From NCBI GenBank assembly GCA_964490395.1, contig CAZBAS010000001.1:147815-211814 (forward strand): 64,000 nucleotides of DNA, in the 5' to 3' direction. Positions 17,113 through 26,436 of the stretch are shown here, piece after piece. The position numbers and the translations under genes are program-made. The notes beneath the pieces were generated by a model that was given only the letters and a program-made list of their open reading frames with translations, did not search any database and was not told the origin of the DNA. How positions within the stretch are numbered: the first letter of the stretch is position 1; each line of letters starts with the position of its first letter. The DNA is from an uncultured Candidatus Saccharibacteria bacterium (GTDB lineage: Bacteria; Patescibacteriota; Doudnabacteria; UBA920).

Positions 17113-17318
17113 ACTCTTAATCCTTGTTTAAGCTATATCCTCTTCTCCGGAAGAATAACCATGTTGCTAACACTGTAACCTTACTCTTGCGACATGACGC
17201 GTATATGATTATTCATCTAGGAGGTCGGTATTCCGCAGCCCGCTGCAAGAAATTTCTGATTTCGTTATAATGCATAGTAAGGTATTATTGTATATATAAC
17301 TAGAGAAAGGAATACTAT

Positions 17319-17618
17319 ATGATAGTTGTTCATGATATATTTGTGTGCAAGCCGGGCAATGCTTCTAAATTGGCTAAGCTTTTTAAGGAGTGGGCAGAAA
17401 TTTTGCCTAAGAAGAATGGATCGGTTATGACTGACCTGACCGGACAGTTCCACAGAGTCATAATGGCTACGAGCTACGAAAGCCTTACGGAATACGACGA
17501 AGTAATGAAGAACATGGGTAAAAACATGTCAGATGCAGAGAAGGCTATGATGGACAAGTTCAAAGATATGAATGATATGTATGTTTCTGGCAGTAGGGAA
17601 ATGTATAAGGTTTGGTAA
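17319..17618 (+). CDS. hypothetical protein (possibly an ABM/Dabb-like small alpha+beta protein)
   Basis: 99 aa. AGAGAAAGG ribosome-binding site. No diagnostic motif recognised. Confidence 0.3.
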   Translation: MIVVHDIFVCKPGNASKLAKLFKEWAEILPKKNGSVMTDLTGQFHRVIMATSYESLTEYDEVMKNMGKNMSDAEKAMMDKFKDMNDMYVSGSREMYKVW

Positions 17619-17691
17619 TACCGCTAAGGCAGGGTCGAAGGTCGTCACATCTTAAGGTCTATAATGCAAGATAATAATTCCATATCATTAA

Positions 17692-18195
17692 ATGTATACC
17701 AATATGACACTAGGGCAGCAGTTTTTAACAGAGCTAGAAGCAGAGGCTCCAGCGACACGAAAGTGTTTAGAGCGAATACCCGAAAGCTTGTTTGAATACA
17801 AACCACATGAAAAATCTATGGCCATGGGCTACTTGGCTCTTCTGGTAGCAGAGATACCGTTATGGACGCACGTTATGGCTACCACCAGCGAAATAGATTT
17901 TGTAACCTTTAACCACTTTCAAGCAAAAACAACAGCAGAGCTAGTGAAACATTTTGATGATAATATGGCACTGGCACGCGAGTCGCTATCGACTGTTTCA
18001 GACGAAGTGCTCCAAGAGAAGTTTGCACTAAAGGCCAATGGGCAGGTAATGATGGAATCCACGAAGGAACAAAGTATAGGTCCCTCGCTCAATCACATGG
18101 TGCACCATCGCGGCCAGCTTACCGTGTATATGCGTCTGAATAATTTACCGGTACCTTCCATTTACGGCCCTTCCGCAGACGAGGGCGGGTTCTAG
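17692..18195 (+). CDS. DinB-family (YfiT-like) metal-dependent helical-bundle protein
   Basis: C-terminal NHMVHHRGQLTVYMRL hallmark. Confidence 0.6.
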   Translation: MYTNMTLGQQFLTELEAEAPATRKCLERIPESLFEYKPHEKSMAMGYLALLVAEIPLWTHVMATTSEIDFVTFNHFQAKTTAELVKHFDDNMALARESLSTVSDEVLQEKFALKANGQVMMESTKEQSIGPSLNHMVHHRGQLTVYMRLNNLPVPSIYGPSADEGGF

Positions 18196-18251
18196 TTAAC
18201 TTGGTTCTACACAAATGCCAACCAGCTGGTTGGCATTTTTAGGGTATACTT

Positions 18252-18800
18252 ATGGTACGATTGTTTACACCTATGTCATTCGACCACATACTCTTTTACA
18301 AAATCAACCACTTACCGCATAACGGTTTTCTCAATGGCTTGGCCACACTAGTGAGCTACTCTACGTATTGGGGCGCAGCGTTTATGGTGCTGTGTCTTTT
18401 TAACTTCGCTATGCCAAGCATGGAGCGTAAGCTGCTCGCAAAAGCTGGGGCGCTGGCTATGCTGGTTGCTGGGTTGCTCAACGATGGAGTGTTCCACTTT
18501 TTTATTCATAGAGCGCGGCCCTTTGTAGTTCTTTCAGAGGTTGTAACAGTTGGCTATGCACCGAGCAGCTATTCATTTCCCTCGGGTCATACAGCACTTG
18601 CCTTTGCTATGGCAGCCGCATATTGTATGGTATTTCCTCATCGCCTTGAGTCGTACATCGTGGTGTGCGCCGCGCTATTGGTTGGCTTTTCTAGAATATA
18701 TATGGGAGTGCATTACCCGAGTGATGTACTCGCAGGCATGTTCTTGGGCTCTTTCTGTGGTGTAGTGTGCACTATGTTCGTGCGAAGGTATCTTCCATAA
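18252..18800 (+). CDS. PAP2-family lipid phosphatase
   Basis: KX6RP (IHRARPF), PSGH (SFPSGHT) and SRX5HX3D (SRIYMGVHYPSD) motifs. Confidence 0.7.
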   Translation: MVRLFTPMSFDHILFYKINHLPHNGFLNGLATLVSYSTYWGAAFMVLCLFNFAMPSMERKLLAKAGALAMLVAGLLNDGVFHFFIHRARPFVVLSEVVTVGYAPSSYSFPSGHTALAFAMAAAYCMVFPHRLESYIVVCAALLVGFSRIYMGVHYPSDVLAGMFLGSFCGVVCTMFVRRYLP

Positions 18801-18839
18801 TGCCACAGCGCTGTGTGATACAATAAATCATAGTTTCCT

Positions 18840-19448
18840 ATGGGTATATATACAATAAAACCAAAGTTTCAGCAGTTTCTTTCGCCCGTGACGAACATGT
18901 TTATTCGCCACAAAGTGAGCCCTACAACCATAAATGTGTGGGGTCTGCTATTGTCTCTGTGCGCCGGAGCCTGCTTATATTTTTCGCTCGAGCGACCAGT
19001 GCTTCTGCTTGCTGTGCCTGTTCTGGTATTTGTGCGCACCGCCTTTAATGCGCTCGATGGTCTTGTCTCCCGCAGTCTTGGAGTGGCTTCAAGGTTTGGG
19101 GAAGTGCTTAATGAATTTTTGGACCGCATTTCGGACGCGGCTATTTTCTTTGGGTTGGCACTCGCGCCATTCTCTTACATAGTACTTGGCAGTGTGGTCG
19201 TGATAGTTATTTTACTGAATAGCTACTTAAGTATAGTGAGTAAAGCAGCAGGCGGCTCCCGGCAATACGGGGGAGTCATGGGTAAAGCAGATCGTATGAT
19301 ATATGTAGGACTCATGTCTTTTGTGGTGTTTTTCACAAATAATACACATCTTTGGTATTATTTTTCCTGGTTTATCTTGATTGGTACGTGCATTACCTTG
19401 GTACAGCGCTATAGAGCAACTAAACGAGAACTTGCTACACATGCCTGA
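18840..19448 (+). CDS. CDP-alcohol phosphatidyltransferase
   Basis: DGLVSRSLGVASRFGEVLNEFLDRISD matches D-G-x2-A-R-x8-G-x3-D-x3-D. Confidence 0.7.
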   Translation: MGIYTIKPKFQQFLSPVTNMFIRHKVSPTTINVWGLLLSLCAGACLYFSLERPVLLLAVPVLVFVRTAFNALDGLVSRSLGVASRFGEVLNEFLDRISDAAIFFGLALAPFSYIVLGSVVVIVILLNSYLSIVSKAAGGSRQYGGVMGKADRMIYVGLMSFVVFFTNNTHLWYYFSWFILIGTCITLVQRYRATKRELATHA

Positions 19449-20397
19449 TTCAAACTTTGTAAACCCTTTTGCCAACCCAATATTTATTACTATACTTTTG
19501 CGCACCGCTGCGGTATTGATTGCTGGGTTTGTACTACTCCTGTCTGTAAAAAAGTTCAGAGCAAAAGAGTTGCTCGAGAGCAACATAGGAAAAATATACA
19601 TTGGGTGGCTTGTGCTAGCGCCGCTATACTTGCTCGGTATATTTCTGGGCGGTATTCCCTCGCTCGTAGTACTGTTTGTGCTTACTGGGCTGGCTCTTGG
19701 TGAAGTAGTTCGTTTAGCGCAATTGCCTCGTGTATATTTTGTTACGCTCCTGTTTCTTTCGGTATGGAGTATAGTAGTAGCAAGTTTCTTTTCGGGCTAT
19801 TTTTATAGTCTGCCGTTGTTTTATTTTATTGTCATTACCGGCGTTGCAATCCGTGCGAACGATGCGGCTAAGGGGTTGTATAACGCTGCTGTTTCTTTAT
19901 TTGCGTCCATATGGATAATCTTTGCCTTGAGCCATGGGGTGTTGCTCGGGCATTTGAACAATGAATTTGATACAACCAAATCGCTCCTGGTGCTTATAGT
20001 CTTCGCTACATCGCTGAGCGATATTGGCGCCTATGTATTTGGTAAGTTGTTCCATAAACTGAATTTTCTTGACCAGTATAAAATTGCGTCAAATATAAGT
20101 CCGAATAAGACCTACGTAGGTATTTTAGGTCACGTGTTAGGAGCAGCTGCGGGTATAGCCCTCGTATATTTTGCGGTGCGCGAATATTTACCAGCATATC
20201 ACTGGATAATTTTATCCGTGGTTATGGGAGTCTTTGGTCTGGTGGGAGGGCTCACTAACTCTCTCTTTAAACGGTACTACAACAGCAAAGATAGTAGCCA
20301 TCTTATCCCAGGACATGGTGGGGTGCTTGACCGCATAGACAGCATAACTCGGGTGGTAGTAGTTCTGTACTATTATGTACTACTCTTTCACAAGTAA
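19441..20397 (+). CDS. cdsA: phosphatidate cytidylyltransferase
   Basis: C-terminal signature SLFKRYYNSKDSSHLIPGHGGVLDRIDS. Start re-assigned to the ATG at 19441, which overlaps the upstream stop by 8 nt. Confidence 0.75.
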   Translation: MPDSNFVNPFANPIFITILLRTAAVLIAGFVLLLSVKKFRAKELLESNIGKIYIGWLVLAPLYLLGIFLGGIPSLVVLFVLTGLALGEVVRLAQLPRVYFVTLLFLSVWSIVVASFFSGYFYSLPLFYFIVITGVAIRANDAAKGLYNAAVSLFASIWIIFALSHGVLLGHLNNEFDTTKSLLVLIVFATSLSDIGAYVFGKLFHKLNFLDQYKIASNISPNKTYVGILGHVLGAAAGIALVYFAVREYLPAYHWIILSVVMGVFGLVGGLTNSLFKRYYNSKDSSHLIPGHGGVLDRIDSITRVVVVLYYYVLLFHK

Positions 20398-20733
20398 TGC
20401 CGTTACCACAGCAAAAGCATACGCGCCGTCGTGAGAAATGCTACAGTCTATAGATACAATGTTTTTTGTTAGTTCGGTAGATGCAAAAGAAAGATATGGT
20501 TTGCCGGTTTGTTCGTGGAGGACTTCCATATCGAGCCAGCTGCCAGCTGGTAGGCCAAGCGCCTTACCTGCGGCTTCCTTTACGGCAAATATGCCGGCTG
20601 CATGTTGGGCGTCCGGCCGCAGTAGTTCACTCTTGTGAAATATCTTTTGCACGGCGGTTGTATGTAAAAGCAGAGCAGCTACCCGTTCTACTAGGACAAT
20701 ATCGCACCCAGTACAAACACGTATAGTATTCAT
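20380..20733 (-). CDS. acpS: holo-ACP synthase (4'-phosphopantetheinyl transferase)
   Basis: GCDIVLVERV and FAVKEAAGKALG motifs. ATG at 20733; the track's TTG is at 20745. Confidence 0.7.
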   Translation of the reverse strand: MNTIRVCTGCDIVLVERVAALLLHTTAVQKIFHKSELLRPDAQHAAGIFAVKEAAGKALGLPAGSWLDMEVLHEQTGKPYLSFASTELTKNIVSIDCSISHDGAYAFAVVTALLVKE

Positions 20734-21636
20734 ATGACACCTCAAAAATTATCTGTTAGTAATCCAGCCTACTTCGACGAAAAAAGAAATAGCATAAACC
20801 AAGGTCTGCAAGCTATTTTTGGAGAAGAGCTTCAAAAATACGGTCTGGAAAAATTAGTGCACGCCATGGAGTACACGCTTATGGGGCAGGGCAGGCGTTA
20901 CCGGCCATTGCTCGCTGTAGCAGTATACGAGCTCTTTCATGCTACCAGTGACGTAGTTATACAACCTGCCTGCGCCATTGAGCTTATTCACACGTCTTCC
21001 CTTATGTTAGATGATCTTCCCTGTATGGACAATGCTACTGTCCGGCGGGGCCGTGGGGCGAGCCATGTGGTATTTGGGGAGTCTACGACCATATTGGCCA
21101 GCGCTGCGTTGTTTGCTTCTGCGTTTAAATTGTTTGCAGATATCCACTCGGTAGCCATAAACGATATTGTAGGCCAAGCAGCTGACTCCATAGGGGGGAA
21201 CGGTCTCATTAAGGGACAGTTTATAGATGTAGAGTCTTTCAATACCGTCCAAACCGTAGAAGAGCTCGATGCGTGTTATTACTTAAAAACAGCAGTGCTG
21301 TTCCAGTTGTCTGCAAAGCTCGGAGCCGTCATGGCTGAGGCAACTCCAGATCAGGTTAACCTGCTTGAGCGTATGGGCAGCGAGCTCGGGCTCGCGTACC
21401 AAGTTCGTGATGATATACTCGACGCAACACTTACATTGCAGCAGGCAGGTAAGGATGTTAAAATAGATGCAAAGAATGGCAAGCCAACCTACGTGAGCAT
21501 CTTAGGTTTGGAAGAAGCAACGCGCAGATTCCATGTCATGCTTGCTCAGCTGGAGACAACCATTGCCCTGCTCGAGAAACAAAATTTACACACATCATTT
21601 TTAAAAGATTATTTTCATAGTCTTGCACTTACATAA
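20734..21636 (+). CDS. polyprenyl diphosphate synthase (IspA/GGPPS family)
   Basis: GRRYRP, first DDxxD (MLDDLPCMDN...RRG) and second (VRDDILD) motifs. Confidence 0.75.
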   Translation: MTPQKLSVSNPAYFDEKRNSINQGLQAIFGEELQKYGLEKLVHAMEYTLMGQGRRYRPLLAVAVYELFHATSDVVIQPACAIELIHTSSLMLDDLPCMDNATVRRGRGASHVVFGESTTILASAALFASAFKLFADIHSVAINDIVGQAADSIGGNGLIKGQFIDVESFNTVQTVEELDACYYLKTAVLFQLSAKLGAVMAEATPDQVNLLERMGSELGLAYQVRDDILDATLTLQQAGKDVKIDAKNGKPTYVSILGLEEATRRFHVMLAQLETTIALLEKQNLHTSFLKDYFHSLALT

Positions 21637-21641
21637 ATACT

Positions 21642-22649
21642 ATGGCACAAGAACCATTGGAGGAGTATGTTCAAAGGGCGTATGCCGCTGGACTCAGTTC
21701 TAGTGATATTTCGTTGCAATTAGCCCAGGTAGGGTGGGGGGAAGAGCAGATTGCTGCGGCTTTGCAAAAAACTTCGATTGACGCATCTACTTCTTCCATT
21801 ACGCCGGCTCCGCACGCCCCCACCAACTCAAAGCTAGCAACATATACAACATGGATAACGTGTTTGATAATCATGCGCTTGCTACTCATCCCGTTCCAGT
21901 ATGTATTGGTCTCGCTCATACTCACTCACGACTTTTTCAATTCCGCCTACGCTTTAAATTTCAACACCTTTTCGAACTCGCTGCCGCTGCTCTGGCTTAT
22001 ACCGCTTGGCCTCTTCAGAAAGAAAGATCGCAATGCGTATGTTCTATCTATCATTTTCGCTTCGGTCTTAATGTTCCTAAACATTTTTGGACTCGCATCG
22101 TTTGAGAGCCAGCCTGCGTTTTGGTTTGTCTCGTTTATTTATGTTTTGAGCGGCGCTGCCATTGCTGCTCTGTCAATTCTCTCGCTACGACTGTTGCCAA
22201 AGAAAGTTGAGGCCCAGACAAGCCAGGTCATTGCTGTGCGGCCTTCTGGTGTAAAAATGTGGGAAATTATTTTGGGGGCTATATTTGGGCTCGCCGCGAT
22301 ACTGCCAGCGTTCAGTGGTCTTGCCGGTTCTATGGGCGATCTTATGGATAACGACATGGGCAATCCATTCTTTCCTTTTGCTGTATCATTGGCACTCGGC
22401 GCAGCATTGGGTTGGCTTTGTGCAAAAGGGTTTGCCTTTAGTATTTCTAAAAAGCAGCGAACATTTATGCTGGGCAAAGGTTTGTGGTATGGCGGACTGC
22501 TTGGTGCGGTTGCACAAGTACCACTCTATGGTTTCAGTGCTATATTGCTAATCGCCATGCCCATAGGGGCAATGATCGGCGCAGTTATTGGGCTGTTTGC
22601 CTCCGTGCTTGTGGGATATCTTATGGAGAAGAGTATAGTCGCACGGTAA
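21642..22649 (+). CDS. hypothetical polytopic membrane protein
   Basis: Roughly 80-aa soluble N-terminus followed by multiple Gly-rich TM helices. Confidence 0.35.
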   Translation: MAQEPLEEYVQRAYAAGLSSSDISLQLAQVGWGEEQIAAALQKTSIDASTSSITPAPHAPTNSKLATYTTWITCLIIMRLLLIPFQYVLVSLILTHDFFNSAYALNFNTFSNSLPLLWLIPLGLFRKKDRNAYVLSIIFASVLMFLNIFGLASFESQPAFWFVSFIYVLSGAAIAALSILSLRLLPKKVEAQTSQVIAVRPSGVKMWEIILGAIFGLAAILPAFSGLAGSMGDLMDNDMGNPFFPFAVSLALGAALGWLCAKGFAFSISKKQRTFMLGKGLWYGGLLGAVAQVPLYGFSAILLIAMPIGAMIGAVIGLFASVLVGYLMEKSIVAR

Positions 22650-22652
22650 ATT

Positions 22653-23462
22653 ATGAGCTATGCATTCTTCTGTGAACTAAGTGCCTTGGTGTCGGTCCTG
22701 TATATGTTTGTATACAGCTATAAAAAGCGCGAACTCGCGCTTTTTTGCTTTTTACTATTTGATGCATGGGTCTTTGAATGGGCAATTTTGCATATGCTGC
22801 ACGAAGTCACGTATAGCAACTCATTTTCTACAACTCTCGGAGGTGTTCCTCTTGCCATAATCTGCGGTTGGGCAATATTGCTCTACAGCCTACACGACCA
22901 GTTTCGTCATTCAAAAAGTATCTATAAGAACGCTCTTTCTGTGGCCGTGCTCATGGTGCTTTTGGACTTAGTGCTAGAGCCGGTAGCCGTATATGTAGGT
23001 CTGTGGCAGTGGGGCCATGCTGTAGGGTACTATGGACTGCCTTACAATAATTTCTTTGGCTGGTTCCTATATGCGTTTTTGGTTGTGTTTGCCTTGCGTA
23101 AATTTGGTGCCAGCAGGGGCTTGGCCAAATATATGTATATGTTTAGTTTTATTACCATACTAGGCCTTATACTTGGCCTGCTTTGGTATGTAGTGCCCGT
23201 GGTTGCCCAGTCAGTGGCGTGGTGGTGTGGTTTCGCCGGCATATTGTTACACGTTGTGCGCCAACAGAGCGAGTTACCCAAAAGGCTATTGGGTCTGATG
23301 CTGCTTTTCCCGCTGCTGATATTTCTTACTTCATTTGCAGTCACGGCCCTGCATGCAGAGCAATTTTCCAGTGTGCAGATAGGTGTTTCTCTTTTATGCT
23401 TTATGTGTTGGACATGGCTCATGTTAAGGGGCCGTGCAAAGCCCGTTACTCAGCGATCGTAA
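22653..23462 (+). CDS. hypothetical polytopic membrane protein (possibly lycopene-cyclase-domain/carotenoid-type)
   Basis: 269 aa, 7-8 TM. LDLVLEPVAVYVGLWQW segment. Family assignment is speculative. Confidence 0.3.
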   Translation: MSYAFFCELSALVSVLYMFVYSYKKRELALFCFLLFDAWVFEWAILHMLHEVTYSNSFSTTLGGVPLAIICGWAILLYSLHDQFRHSKSIYKNALSVAVLMVLLDLVLEPVAVYVGLWQWGHAVGYYGLPYNNFFGWFLYAFLVVFALRKFGASRGLAKYMYMFSFITILGLILGLLWYVVPVVAQSVAWWCGFAGILLHVVRQQSELPKRLLGLMLLFPLLIFLTSFAVTALHAEQFSSVQIGVSLLCFMCWTWLMLRGRAKPVTQRS

Positions 23463-24540
23463 ACTTATATACATTGCTATAGCTCGCGGTCATTTCTCTC
23501 TTTGTAAGCTGCGCGGATGCTTCCGGGAAATATATAAACTGCGGTCGAAGCGCGGGTGAAGGAAAAACCTGCGGGGCAAAACTGCGGTAAGAGATAAGCG
23601 CCCCTGGTGCTGCAGTGCGTATAACTGCCTGCCAGAGAGCTTCTTGCCTTGCCTTTGATAAAAATTCTACTACATCGGATAAGGAAAATTTTGTTATAGA
23701 ACGCTCGGGTGTGCGATTGAGCGCTGTGGTGAGCGTGCCATCTACAATGGTTATGGCAGCTGCCCGCGTTTGTAAGAGCGCAAAGTTTTCTTCCTTTAGG
23801 TAGTCTGGACAATGCTGGTTGTCTCTATAGTAGCCAAAAAAGATGAAATGCCAGAAGAAGTTATCTCTCATGGCAACTGTACTAAAGAGTTCACGCTGCT
23901 TAGTTTTATAGAGATCTTTCAGAAAAAATTTGCCTGCGCGCATGCAGTAATACATCTGCCGTGGATGCACACCATAAGGCCACATAGTAGGGGTAGGGAT
24001 GTGCGCGTAAACAAAATTCCACAAGCGTGGCTCTATCTGTGCTGTGTAAAAGTCTCTTTGTGCTGCTGTAGAAGTCATGTCCGCAAAAGTTCGTAGGGTG
24101 TCGCTACCTACTGCTCGGTATATCCACTTACGGAGAAGGGCAAGCCGCGCTAGGGCCCCTACTGTATAGAGCCCTTTTTTAAATATGTGGATATGTGCAT
24201 CCCAAAATTTTTGGCTTTCAGGCGGTAGCGCAGGCCGCAAGCTATCGGTATACAGCTGGGTGTAGGCTGCATGTGTTCCCACTCCAAAGAGCTGCCAAAA
24301 TTCTGCATACGGGAGGGTTTGTACTGCTGCGAGTTTAAGTCTGAGCAAGTGATTTTGCGCGGGGTTGGCATCTACAGCGATAATGCTTTTGGGGCCGGCA
24401 AGAGCGGCATGTAAAATATTGCACCCACCAGACGTGAGCGCAACCAATGTGTCTGCTTCCGTTAGTTCTAAGAGTTCTTTGTCTACAGAAAAATCTTCCC
24501 AGGTTTGGTTATAGACAATCTTTGGCTCGGCCAATTTCAT
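23446..24540 (-). CDS. DUF3419 / BtaA-like protein (SAM:diacylglycerol 3-amino-3-carboxypropyl transferase family), tentative
   Basis: 364 aa. N-terminal IVYNQTWEDFSVDKELL and TSGGCNILHAAL match, as I remember them, the BtaA family N-terminus. Sits inside the lipid cluster. Confidence 0.4.
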   Translation of the reverse strand: MKLAEPKIVYNQTWEDFSVDKELLELTEADTLVALTSGGCNILHAALAGPKSIIAVDANPAQNHLLRLKLAAVQTLPYAEFWQLFGVGTHAAYTQLYTDSLRPALPPESQKFWDAHIHIFKKGLYTVGALARLALLRKWIYRAVGSDTLRTFADMTSTAAQRDFYTAQIEPRLWNFVYAHIPTPTMWPYGVHPRQMYYCMRAGKFFLKDLYKTKQRELFSTVAMRDNFFWHFIFFGYYRDNQHCPDYLKEENFALLQTRAAAITIVDGTLTTALNRTPERSITKFSLSDVVEFLSKARQEALWQAVIRTAAPGALISYRSFAPQVFPSPALRPQFIYFPEASAQLTKREMTASYSNVYKFTIAE

Positions 24541-24569
24541 ACAAGCTGCTCTTGCGATATACTTAGTGT

Positions 24570-25151
24570 ATGCATTATACAGCGCTTGCGCAGTTTGGAA
24601 AATCTAAATTTGGAAAGGGCCTGGCCTTTGTGTGGGGGCTGGCAGAAGGGTTGCTCTTTTTTGTAGTCCCGGATGTATATTTGAGTTTTATCGCTTTGTT
24701 TAGTGTGGCCGGAGGGCTGGTAAGTGTGGCGTACGCGTTGCTTGGCTCACTGTGTAGCGCGGTGATTGTTTACGCGCTCGCGCCCTTTATGGGCGGCATG
24801 TACCATAGAATACTGCTGGCCATACCTGGTATTTCTGAGGCCATGCTTCGTACTGTAACAACCGGGCTTGCGCAGCACGGGGTCCAAAATATTATTGCGG
24901 GTCCATTTAGCGGCATACCATATAAGATTTACTCTGTAGAAGCAGCGCTCCAGCACCTTCCCATTGGCTCGTTCTTGCTGTGGTCTATTCCAGCGCGGCT
25001 TGAGCGCATGCTACCAGTAACCCTGGTCGCACTCGTGCTCGGGTATGTGTTCCAAAAAAATATAAAGAAGTATACTACCTACTGGATACTCGGTTTTTTG
25101 TTGGTATGGGCGCTTATCTATATACAGTACTATTATTCGCTTGGGCAGTAA
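24570..25151 (+). CDS. hypothetical membrane protein (DedA/VTT-like?)
   Basis: 193 aa, 4-5 TM. LLFFVVPDVYLSF resembles the VTT-domain entry motif. Low confidence. Confidence 0.3.
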   Translation: MHYTALAQFGKSKFGKGLAFVWGLAEGLLFFVVPDVYLSFIALFSVAGGLVSVAYALLGSLCSAVIVYALAPFMGGMYHRILLAIPGISEAMLRTVTTGLAQHGVQNIIAGPFSGIPYKIYSVEAALQHLPIGSFLLWSIPARLERMLPVTLVALVLGYVFQKNIKKYTTYWILGFLLVWALIYIQYYYSLGQ

Positions 25152-26436
25152 TTCTAGAAATTATTGGATTGCGTTTTCCCGACGCTGTTTTGAGAAGTTG
25201 CTCTTCTGTTACTTGATCTATGTGTACTGTTGTTCCCAAGAGTCGCTCAAGGCGGCTTTTTATGTCAGTGACACCGTCTTTCGAAAGGGCGTGCTTGCTT
25301 ACTACTTGCATGCGGACTACATCTGCCGACTCCTGTATAAGGCAGAAATCGAGAATGTCTATGTGGCCGGTAAGTAGTAAGTCGTATACCGTATCAAGGA
25401 GGTATGCAGATGTTAGTGTACGGCCATGGGTGAATGTAAATGCATCATTCTTTCTTCCGAGGAACGTGTTTAACACGCGGCCGGTGCGGCCACATGCGCA
25501 GGTGTTGTTTGCATCAATTATTCCCAGGTCACCTTGTTCGTAGCGGATAAATGGCATGGCAAAATTATGCAAGTTTGTGCCAACCAGGTTGCTCGCAGTT
25601 CCTGCGGTTACTGTTTCTATATAACTAATATCTTCCCAGAGGTGGTAGCTCCCTTGTTCACACTCCGCTGCTATCCAGCCTAGTTCTTCTGAAGAATATT
25701 CATCAAGTACCGGACAATTAAAAAACTTCGCCAGGGTAGCGCGCTGCGCTTTGGTTGAAAGTTCGGAGCCAACGCTTATGAGTTTAAGTCGCAAGCTTTG
25801 TGCTTCATCTGCGCTGAGGTGCTGCATGAGGGCGAGCAGGTGAGAGGGGTATGAGCAGATAATAGAAGGTTTTAGCGACAGTATGCTCCTTGCAGTATTT
25901 GCGAGTTCGTTTAGTGTTGGAATAAAGTACGACTTATACAGTCCAAGGAACGACGCTGCTGGGTAAGGCGAAGTATAAATATAGAGACATGTGTCCCATG
26001 GTTTATACGTACCGAGCGAGTTAAGTATGCGAAACCTTCCTAGCGCGTAGCTCCAGGTATCTTTGGGGTTATGCACAATGGTTATAACTTTGCCCGATGA
26101 CCCAGAACTTACCGATGGTATGCATTCACTTTGGTTAACGGTGTCTGAGATGGCCCCTTCAGGGAATGCGTCAATAATTTCCTGTTTGGTTACCGTAGGG
26201 AATTTTTCAAGATCGCTGAGACTGGCAAAGTCTTCCGGACTTACTCCAGCATCCTGGTATTTCCTTCGATAGAGTTCTGTGGTGGAATACGCATGCGCGA
26301 GCAATTTTTTTATTTGCTTTTCTTGATAGGCTTTCGTTGCTGCTGAGCTTCGCCAAGGCCCATGATAAAACCACGGAGCGTGTAGTACCGCCCTGGCTAT
26401 GACTTGTATATATTCAGCCGGAGTGTACGATCTCAT
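25114..26436 (-). CDS. PaaK/F390-synthetase-like adenylate-forming enzyme
   Basis: 440 aa. SSGSSGKVITIV (TSGTTGKP-like) P-loop. ATGA overlap with the upstream fusion gene. Confidence 0.5.
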   Translation of the reverse strand: MRSYTPAEYIQVIARAVLHAPWFYHGPWRSSAATKAYQEKQIKKLLAHAYSTTELYRRKYQDAGVSPEDFASLSDLEKFPTVTKQEIIDAFPEGAISDTVNQSECIPSVSSGSSGKVITIVHNPKDTWSYALGRFRILNSLGTYKPWDTCLYIYTSPYPAASFLGLYKSYFIPTLNELANTARSILSLKPSIICSYPSHLLALMQHLSADEAQSLRLKLISVGSELSTKAQRATLAKFFNCPVLDEYSSEELGWIAAECEQGSYHLWEDISYIETVTAGTASNLVGTNLHNFAMPFIRYEQGDLGIIDANNTCACGRTGRVLNTFLGRKNDAFTFTHGRTLTSAYLLDTVYDLLLTGHIDILDFCLIQESADVVRMQVVSKHALSKDGVTDIKSRLERLLGTTVHIDQVTEEQLLKTASGKRNPIISRITAQANNSTVYR

